DNA of 63,463 nucleotides, filler included, from Octopus bimaculoides (taxonomy: Eukaryota): the NCBI RefSeq assembly GCF_001194135.2. It is 4 parts of 4 records of this genome, joined end to end, with 100 filler letters (N's around TTAATTAATTAA, not from the genome) between each part and the next. Parts side by side here need not be neighbours in the genome. Positions count along the whole stretch, not along the records: positions 47,044 to 56,878 come from NC_068994.1; positions 56,979 to 63,463 come from NC_069002.1; 2 more parts are not named here. One strand, 5' to 3'. A program made the position numbers and the translations under genes. Numbering within the stretch: the first letter of the stretch is position 1; each line of letters begins with the position of its first letter. Below the pieces are notes generated by a model. The model made no database searches, was not told the DNA's origin, and saw nothing but the letters and a program-made list of their open reading frames with translations. Below are positions 54,201-63,463 of this stretch, piece after piece.

Positions 54201-55310
54201 TAACTATTCTGTTATCTCGCTGCCCAAGTGCAGAGAGATATTAAATGCAGTTTGTTTAATGTGAATGTTTATATGCCATTTTATGTAGAAAAATGAAAGG
54301 CTCTGGGATTGAAGTGTTCGCTTCCTAAACCTGGGGTTTCAGGTTCAACTCCACTGCGTGTTACCTTGGGCAAGTGTTTTCTCGATTGTGTTGGTACGAC
54401 CAACGCCTTGTGAGTGAGTTTGATCGATAGAAACTATGAGAATACACACACAAGCACACACACACACACACCTAGACGCTGACACACATATATATGTATG
54501 TATATGTGTATGTGTATTTGTGTGTGCGTATGTATGTATGTATGTATGTATATTTGTATGTGTGTGTTTTTGTGTTTGTCTTCCCATCCCTTGAGTGTTG
54601 GCGTTGGCATATTTAAGTTACCATAACTTAGATATCAGAGAAAAGCGACTGGGCAGAAAACGCTACAGACGTTTAAGAAAAACATGTGCTGGGGTCCGCG
54701 GAGGCCCAGCATGACCGTAGACCAAAAAAAAAAAAGACTCATCTACGTGGTCGATTAATCTGCTAAACATAATTACAAAATTTCCTTCAAATCACATCAT
54801 TGAACATTTCTTAATATAGTCACATTCAAAAATGCCGTTCGAGGAACAAAACAGTAATGGCGATGATACTGGCAGATGAGATAAATTATCGTTGCTAGAA
54901 TATATTCTATCTCTGTTATTCGCACGCTCAAGCTTGATTTAAAACTAAATTTAAAAGTAACACAAACAACAACAACGAACGAATTTGCTTGTCAAGACAA
55001 ACAATTCATATTCACGACAGAATACCATTTAGCTACGTTTAGGCTTTGCTTAAATTGTTAAACAAACTGTTCATCGCAATCAATGTAGGGCAGTTTTGAA
55101 TCATACGACATACATGCATTTGAGCACTTGATAATGGTGGTTGGCGACAGAGTCGAGGGCTTAGCTGACATCTCCCTCATTCCCACTCTCTCTCCCCCTC
55201 TCCCCCTCTCCCCCTCTCTCTCTCCGTTTCTCAATGGAGGTAATACTAAACATCTGACAATGATAATTAGTTTGTTTGTCTTGTTATTCTCTTGAACTTT
55301 ACAAATAAAC

Positions 55311-55377
55311 ATGGACGCAGCATATGCACTTCTCACTCCATCTACTGACAAGAAAATTTCGATAAACCATTATGAGA
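55311..55377 (+). CDS. Candidate first exon of an unknown gene
   Basis: aaacATGG context with an upstream in-frame stop; MDAAYALLTPSTDKKISINHYE + A|gtatgc (phase 1). Confidence 0.3.
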
Positions 55378-55474
55378 GTATGCGTGTATGTGCATGCATG
55401 ATTGTATGTATACACGTATATGTACATATATATATGCATATGTATATTTGTGTATGTATAAACATATATATATA

Positions 55475-55520
<46 letters not shown>

Positions 55521-55892
55521 NNNNNNNNNNNNNNNNNNNNNNNNNNNNNNNNNNNNNNNNNNNNNNNNNNNNNNNNNNNNNNNNNNNNNNNNNNNNNNNN
55601 NNNNNNNNNNNNNNNNNNNNNNNNNNNNNNNNNNNNNNNNNNNNNNNNNNNNNNNNNNNNNNNNNNNNNNNNNNNNNNNNNNNNNNNNNNNNNNNNNNNN
55701 NNNNNNNNNNNNNNNNNNNNNNNNNNNNNNNNNNNNNNNNNNNNNNNNNNNNNNNNNNNNNNNNNNNNNNNNNNNNNNNNNNNNNNNNNNNNNNNNNNNN
55801 NNNNNNNNNNNNNNNNNNNNNNNNNNNNNNNNNNNNNNNNNNNNNNNNNNNNNNNNNNNNNNNNNNNNNNNNNNNNNNNNNNNNNNNNNNNN

Positions 55893-55936
<44 letters not shown>

Positions 55937-56362
55937 ATATATGTTTATATATGCGAGTATATGTGTAAGTGTTTGTTTTTATAGACATGAACTTGTTCTA
56001 GTTTAAATTTCTTTTTTTATGAAATATTTTTCTGAACCAATAAATACGACTGACACAAAAAGTTGTAAAAGAAAACATAAAAATACAACAAATTTACCAC
56101 ACACATATACATACAGTATATTATTTTAGCAGCATGCTCCCTGGCTATGAAATAGTCGAAAACGTTATAAAAAAAAAAGATAAATAAAATAAAATGAAGA
56201 AATCAGTAAATGGAACACAAAACACACCTCACACAAAACAAATAAAGGCTCAAAATACGTATTACAAAAAACACGTACAAGTTCAACATCTCATCATAAA
56301 CAAGAAACTATAAGCCCGCAAGCTGCAGAAAATAAATTCCAAGTGACTAATGTAATTTGCAG

Positions 56363-56457
56363 ATCCAGAAGTAAACATGGAAGTTGTGTTTTTGACTGCT
56401 ACATATATTGGTCATACATGTATCACACTTTCACGTCAACTGATTATGCATCTGCAG
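56363..56457 (+). CDS. Candidate second exon, phase-compatible with 55311-55377
   Basis: tgactaatgtaatttgcag|AT + PEVNMEVVFLTATYIGHTCITLSRQLIMHLQ|gtagga. Weak polypyrimidine tract. Confidence 0.3.
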
Positions 56458-57004
56458 GTAGGAAACGTTGCGATGCATTATATTTGTCATTCTTTTTTCA
56501 TCTTTTAATTTTACTGGTTCCTGATAATGGACTGCGGTCATGCTGTCGCATCGGTTTGATTTGTTTAGTCGAGCGAATTGACGACCCCTGTCCAGTACGT
56601 ATGTCCTAAGCTCGATACTTATTCTATCGCTTTCCTTTTGCCAAACACTATGTTATAGGGGTGTAAACAAAGCCACACCGGTTGTCAAACGGTGATGGGT
56701 GACAAACACACACACACACACGCTCACATATATCGCATATATATATTTCTGAGTGTGTGCGTGTGTGTGTGCGCGTGTGTGTGTGCGCGTGTGTGTGTGC
56801 GCGTGTGTGTGTGCGCGTGTGTGTGTGCGCGTTTGTGTGTGAAGGTGAGTGTGTGTGTCTGCGTGTGGTATGTGTGTGNNNNNNNNNNNNNNNNNNNNNN
56901 NNNNNNNNNNNNNNNNNNNNNNTTAATTAATTAANNNNNNNNNNNNNNNNNNNNNNNNNNNNNNNNNNNNNNNNNNNNTATGTCTCTATCTACATATATG
57001 TACG

Positions 57005-57042
<38 letters not shown>

Positions 57043-57241
57043 ATATACATACAAACATACATACATAAATACGATGGGCTTCTTTCAGTTTCTTTCTACT
57101 AAATCCACTTACAAGGGTTTGGTCAGCCCAAGGCTATAGTAGAAGACACTTGCCCAAGGTGCCACGCAGTGGGATTGAACTTACCACGCTGCTACGCCTA
57201 TGTGTGTGTATGTGTGTATATGTATATATATGTATGAGTGC

Positions 57242-57278
<37 letters not shown>

Positions 57279-57469
57279 CTTGTGCCTAGTCAAGTCCAGA
57301 CATAATCATACAAGCTAGGTTGTTTGTTTCCACTCCTCCATGGAAAATATATCTGACCAGAAAGAAAAACATTATGCTATCTGAGAACAGGTGAGAGTTA
57401 GTGACAGGAAGAGCATCTGGCCATAGGAAATCCACCTCCACAAATTCATGGACAAAACGGATGTTAAAC

Positions 57470-57780
57470 AATGATGCTGCTGCTACTGATGATGATGACG
57501 ACGATGATGATAATGATGATGATGATGGTGCCGATGATGATGACAATGAGGATGATGATAACTATGGTGATGATGGTAATCGGAATGATGCTGCTTCTGA
57601 TGATGATGATGAGGATGATAATGATGATGAGGATGCAGCTACTGCTGCTGGTGATGATTGTGGTGATGATGATGAAGGCGACGGTGAAGAGGATGAAGAT
57701 TGAGATGAAAATGATGACGATGACGGTAATGCCATCACTACTACCACTACTACTACCACTACCACTACTACTGACAACAA
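57470..57780 (+). repeat. Cryptic (GAT)n/(ACT)n expansion, tail of a retroelement remnant
   Basis: Follows ...cggatgttaaacaatgatg, the standard element tail. Confidence 0.85.
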
Positions 57781-58384
57781 CAATTTGCTACAATTGGATA
57801 GAAGCTATTTATATTTTAATTACAAGAACGAAAGTCACTCGGTTAATTAGAGACGTGGTCTGTAAACAAGTAGGAGATTGTTGCAGCTGCGTGGAATATT
57901 GTTTTGATCAGAAGCGCTAAACTTGGAACTGTAGCAGCAAAAATAAACTCTGTGAAAGCATTATTTAAACAATATTCGTTAAGGATTTTTATAAAAGCAA
58001 AATATATAAATTGGGAATAAATAAATAAATAAATAAATATATATATAAAAAAAACAAGGAATAAAAGGTAAAAATAAAAAATAGAAAACATCAATTATAA
58101 GTGCAACTTAGTGGAACTTGGAATTCTAAAGGTTCACACGTATTCCTCTTTGGAATTAGAACCATATTTTTATTCTATTGAAAATAGAGAATTTGAAATG
58201 AGAAAAAAAAAAAAAATTTTTAAAGTAAAAAAAAATTTCTTTTAATTCATGACAATCAAAAATGTTGATTTTATTATTATTTATATACATATATATATTT
58301 GTTTTTGCTTTATTTTTTCCTCCTTTTATTCTTTTTATTCTTAGTCATTAGGTTTTGGTGATGCCATGACAATATCTTCAATGG

Positions 58385-58670
58385 TTTGTATTTTTGTCAG
58401 CATCATCGTCGTCATCATTGTCACTGTCGTCATCGTTGTTGTTGTCGTCATCATCATCACCACTTTCATCATCCTCATTAGCATCACCACCAACATCATC
58501 ATCAACACTGTCATCATCATCATCATCCTCATCATCCTCAACATCGTCGTCGCCATTGTTGTCATCATCATCATTCTCATCAGCATCGTCATCATTGTCA
58601 TCAACATCGCCGTCATCGTCATCATCATCAACCGCGTCAGCATTGTCATCATCATCATCATCGTCATCAA
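58385..58670 (-). repeat. Cryptic (GAT)n expansion on the minus strand
   Basis: (CAT/CGT)n on the plus strand. Confidence 0.85.
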
Positions 58671-59026
58671 CTACTGGATGTTACCGTTTTGAGTCTTTGT
58701 ACTCATAGGGTCTGATACTCAGACACATGTTATACATAAATGCCTAAAATCACAAAATTATCCCCTGCACAGGATGCTGGTCCATTGTAGGGACCCCACT
58801 TATGGCTGAGTGGACAGGAACAAAGGGAAATGCAGTGCTTTTGCTCAAGAACTCAATGCAATGGCTAGTCCAGGAATTGAAACCGCAATCTTGTGAATAT
58901 GACTGCAACACCCACTCACGTAGACGCAAGCAACTAGTTGTAAATTAAACTTTTAACCTCTGATGTTTTTGCTGTTTAGCCCCAGGTTAGCCTTCATTGA
59001 GTAAACATATGATCAAACATATGATA

Positions 59027-59192
59027 TAGGCGCAGGAGTGGATGTGTGGTAAGTAGCTTGCTTACCAACCACATGGTTCTGGGTTCAGTCCCACTGCATG
59101 GCACCTTGGATAAGTGTCTTCTACTATAGCCTCGGGCCGACCAAAGCCTTGTGAGTGGATTTGGCAGACGGAAACTGAAAGAAGCCTGTCGC

Positions 59193-59252
<60 letters not shown>

Positions 59253-59445
59253 TTGTCCCCCTCAACATCGCTTGACAACCGATGGTGGTGTGTTTACACC
59301 CCCGTCACTTAGCAGTTCGGCAAAAGAGACCGATAGAATAAGTGCTAGGCTTACAAAGAATAAGTCCTGGGGTCGATTTACTCGACTAAAGGCGGTGTTC
59401 CAGCATGGCTGCAGTCAAATGACTGAAACAAGTAAAAGAGTAAAG
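59027..59445 (+). mobile_element. Full-length family A SINE
   Basis: tRNA-like head (tggatgtgtggtaag...gggttcagtccc), central (GT)n, 3' end gactgaaacaagtaaaagagtaaag. Confidence 0.9.
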
Positions 59446-60350
59446 GTATTCCAGCCATGACCATCCCGTTTGTTCTCTTCAAGGAACCTAAGATCACATT
59501 ATATCATATAATAAGTTCACTTCTAAATACATAGACAGTGATTTGAAAGAGATTTAGCTGCTATTTGCAGCAGATCAAGTCATTGTTGGCTTTAATTATC
59601 AGAGAAGCTAGGGCTGGTGGAATATAAAATGGAACCGGCTGGAAGTTAGACTGAGGAAAATGCAAGTAGTCTGTCATTGAAAATCATCAACCGTTTTATT
59701 GTTAATTGTTGAGACTGGAACATGACTGTTCCAAGAAAAGAAAATGACAAAACAGAGACAGAAAAATAGGGTTAATGTTTTTAGCCTGATTCGATAAATG
59801 TATGCTGTACTTGCCCTAGTAATTTAGTTTTTGACTGTGTGATGGTCGATAGCCATAGACGGCAGGGTAACAGAAGTAGTAATGTTGGTAATAGTATTTA
59901 TTGTAGTTGTGGTGGTGGTGGTAGTGGTAGTGGTTGTGGTGGTGGTAGTGATAGTGTTAGAGTTGTTAGCAGTAACAATAGATGCAAATTTAGTGTAAGT
60001 GAGGAGTGAAATGAAGCGGGAGTGTGCAATGCTCATATAAGCACTTTAATGCATACACACACACACACACACACACACACAGATGTATATGATATACATA
60101 CATATATACATACATATATATGCTGGTGCATCAGCATGGCCGCAGCTCTGAGCTGAAACTTTGAAATGAAAAATGCATATACATATAAACACATGCATCT
60201 ATCTATATATACATGTGAGTGTGTAAATACATGCATATACATATACATGTGAGTGTGTATATACATGCATATTCATATATACATATACATATATATATAT
60301 ATACATACATACATATATATATTCACATATGTGTATATATATATATTCAC

Positions 60351-60383
<33 letters not shown>

Positions 60384-60818
60384 NNNNNNNNNNNNNNNNN
60401 NNNNNNNNNNNNNNNNNNNNNNNNNNNNNNNNNNNNNNNNNNNNNNNNNNNNNNNNNNNNNNNNNNNNNNNNNNNNNNNNNNNTATATATATATATATAT
60501 ATATAAATGAAATATATAAATATTTAATACGTATTGTATATATGTACCTAATAGATACATAATAGTCTGTAAGAACACATCTGCTTTAGAATCTCTGCAA
60601 GAATTCCTGTTCCAATCCATTGTTATATCTCTTCTTGCCATTATTTCAAAAGTCTCAACTTCAATTGAATTAATGTCACCTCAAATATTCATCACTCTTT
60701 TTTTCTTTTCTCTCACTTTTCTTCTTGTTACACTTTGTCTTTTTTTCTTTTTTTTTCACTGGGTGTTAAATGCTTCATTTTCTTTTTTGCTATTGTATGT
60801 CGTGTGTGTGTATATATA

Positions 60819-60853
<35 letters not shown>

Positions 60854-61259
60854 ATGTTTGTTCTTGTGTCTGTGATTTCTGTTCTTTTCATATTTTCTAT
60901 TGAATGAATATGTATTGAAAATATGTAATGCAGAGAGGTTTTGTATGGAGAACAGAGAAAGCAGACAGAGTGTCTAGAAGCTGGTTGGAAAGATAGACAC
61001 ATAGAGGGAGAGACGTATTGTGTGCAATTTGGATGTGTGCATATATGTGCGTTTTTATGTGTGCATGTGTGTGAACATGTGTATATCTTTTATAAGATCA
61101 TGACCATGCTGGAGCAAAACATTCAAAGGTTTTGTGAAATGAATCAAACTCAGTCTCTTTTGATGAGCTGCTAAGTTCCTGAGATGCAAAAAAAAAACCC
61201 AACACCAGTTACCAAGAGCTCATAGTGACAAGCACAAAGATGCACTCACACGCAGATGC

Positions 61260-61286
<27 letters not shown>

Positions 61287-61290
<4 letters not shown>

Positions 61291-61461
61291 CACCCACTAC
61301 ACTCTTGGAGTGGTTGGCGTTAGGAAGGGCATCCAGCTGTAGAAACTCTGCCAGATCAGATTGGAGCCTGGTGTAGCCATTTGCTTCACCAGTCCTCAGT
61401 CAAATCGTCCAACCCATGCTAGCATGGAAAGTGGATGTTAAACGATGATGATGATGATGAT
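61287..61461 (+). mobile_element. Short 3' end of RTE LINE with (GAT)n tail
   Basis: Same sequence as 42375-42546; a related inverted copy is at 46745-46943. Confidence 0.85.
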
Positions 61462-61889
61462 ATATGTATGTATCTATGTATGTATGTATATAATGATTGC
61501 TGTAGTCATTGTCAGTGTCATGTGACCAGCACCCATGCTGGTGTTGTGTAACTCGCACCGAAGATGCTGACAATTAAAGAGCACCTTCCGAGTGCTGGGC
61601 CTCAGGGAGGCAATGACAATGAGCGACACCTTTGGCAATATGCTGTGCTTGAGAAGAAGACCCATCAAGCCAAGTGAAATTGTAGTCATGGCAGATACTG
61701 GTGTCATGTAAAAGAAACCCATTACACTCTTGTAGGGGTTAGCATTTGGAAAGGCATTCAACCATAGAAACCGTGCTAAATCAGACTAGAGTCTGGAGCA
61801 GCACCTCAGCTTACCAGCCCTGGTCAAACTGTCCACCCCATTCCAGCATGGACAACAGACATTAAATGATGATGATGATGATGACATAT

Positions 61890-62590
61890 ACATGGTGTGT
61901 AAGGTATTTGAGGACATACCTTTTTTGGGTCATTGCTGCACTTTTTGCTAACTCTGTATAATTTTTGTTTCAGAAAATAATAATGGCAGACCCTCAGCTT
62001 ACTCAAGAAACACAGAGGCATGCTGTTATTGCGGTTATAAAGGTCAAGCAAAGTGATTTAGAAATATCTCGATTTTTAAAAGTTACCAGATATTTCATCT
62101 ACAAAGTTTGTAAGGAGCCAGAGACTGAAGATGGAATTGTATCACCAGTATCAAAGCATAAAAAGCATTCTAAATGCTCTGAAATCATCAGAACACCTGA
62201 ATTTATCCAGCAAGTTCAACAAACCATTGATTATAATCCCAGAACATCCATGAGGTCAATTGCAAAAGATCTCCATGTGTCAGAAGGAACAGTCAGAAAT
62301 GTTGTCCATGAAGACATCAGATATAAGTCTTATATGATGAGGAAAGGACATTTGTCAGAAAAGGCAAAAGAAAATCACTACATCAGATCTAAAAGGGTCT
62401 TAAACACTGAAAAATTCAGCAGAAGAAGATTTGATTTGGTTTTTCTCAAATAAGAAAAACTCTGACCAAGATCAAAAAGATAACAGAAGAAATGACGGAT
62501 GGTTATCTGCAGACCCTTCGGCAGTTTCAAGTGCTATGCATACAAAATTTCCTGTAACTGTTATGGTTTTAGGAGTTGCCAATCATGAAG
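61890..62590 (+). mobile_element. Tc1/mariner (maT/DD37D-like) transposase 5' part, degenerate
   Basis: HTH region RHAVIAVIK..EISRFLKV..IRTPEFIQQVQ..NPRTSMRSIAKDLHVSEGTVRNVVHEDIRYKSY, then a frameshift to IWFFSNKKNSDQDQKDNRRNDGWL..TKFPVTVMVLGV..EG. Confidence 0.8.
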
Positions 62591-62661
62591 GACACAACAC
62601 GCAGCCTGGTCTGGGATTCGAACTCACAACTTCATGATCACACGCCTTCACATATATATAT

Positions 62662-62692
<31 letters not shown>

Positions 62693-63129
62693 TTGTGTGT
62701 CGGGCACATAGCTCAATAGTTATAGCATCGGGTCCACAATCAAGAGGTAGAGAATTCAATTCCCAAACCGGGCTGTGTGTTGTGTTCCTGACTAAGGCAC
62801 TTTATTCCACTAACAATGCACTTTGGACAGCCTAGGGCTATACTAGAAGATACTTGCCCAAGGTACCATAAAATAGGACTGAACTTGGTACTATGTGGTT
62901 GGGAAGCAAACTTCTTACCACACAGCCACACTGGAGTCATTCCACTTGTTTGTTGTTTTCAAAATTTTATAAAATCCTAGTGGGAGTTGTTGCCTCTTGA
63001 TTGCATGGATAATCTCAGTAAATCTAAATCTTTCGATTCATTGTATCACATATTGTAGATTTCTGCTTAATCAGTATTTAAGCACGTGATTATATGTGGT
63101 TGATCATTTCAATTACTTTTCATAACTGT

Positions 63130-63463
63130 ATAGCAGTGGCGATGGTGATGGAGTGGGGGTACTGGGATGGTGAAGGTGGGCTGGTGCTGTTGGGATGGCG
63201 ATGGGGTGTGTCGTCATGGTGGGTAGTTGATGTAATGATGATGATGAGGATAACGATGATGAAGATAATGGTGGTGGTGGTGGTAATGGTGGTGATAGTG
63301 GCGATGATGATGGGTAGTGGTGGCAGTGGAGGTTTTGGTGATGGTGGTGGTGTTCGTGACTGGTGGTAGTGGTGGTTGTAGTGAGAGTCGTGAACATGGT
63401 GGTGATGGTGGTGGTGGTGGTGGTGATGATGATGTTAGCAATAGTGATGATGGTGATGGCTAG
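63130..63463. repeat. Cryptic (GGT/GAT)n low-complexity tract
   Basis: Direct reading. Confidence 0.85.

Noticed and set aside
56343-56609. 88-aa ORF
   Set aside because: The C-terminal half is the reverse-complemented tail of a family A SINE.
57401-58708. Poly-Asp, poly-Met, poly-Ser and poly-Ile ORFs
   Set aside because: Translations of (GAT)n/(CAT)n repeats in several frames; no splice or codon evidence.

Overview
AT-rich (roughly 65-70% by eye), repeat-saturated eukaryotic DNA with assembly gaps. The SINE, RTE-LINE and microsatellite content looks like a coleoid cephalopod, most likely Octopus; this is an inference from repeat families, not a database match. Almost all ORFs in the supplied track are microsatellite, gap or transposon artefacts. 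One host coding exon is convincing: exon 1 of a universal stress protein (USP/UspA-domain) gene on the minus strand (28878-28950, MSSSEGRTVVIGMDGSEYSEYAFN|gtaagt). Its later exons were not found. A few weaker exon candidates exist. Mobile DNA includes RTE LINEs, three or more tRNA-derived SINE families (several nested, with TSDs), the 5' end of a Ty3/Gypsy element, a Penelope GIY-YIG remnant, Tc1/mariner and hAT fragments, a non-autonomous Helitron, piggyBac MITEs and a zinc-knuckle ORF1-like relic. The most unusual signal is a set of minimal type-I hammerhead ribozyme motifs. The best one (34510-34551) sits at the apex of a ~360-nt fold-back with 128-bp arms, inside a 14-bp target-site-like duplication, and carries a compensatory U3-A8 core.
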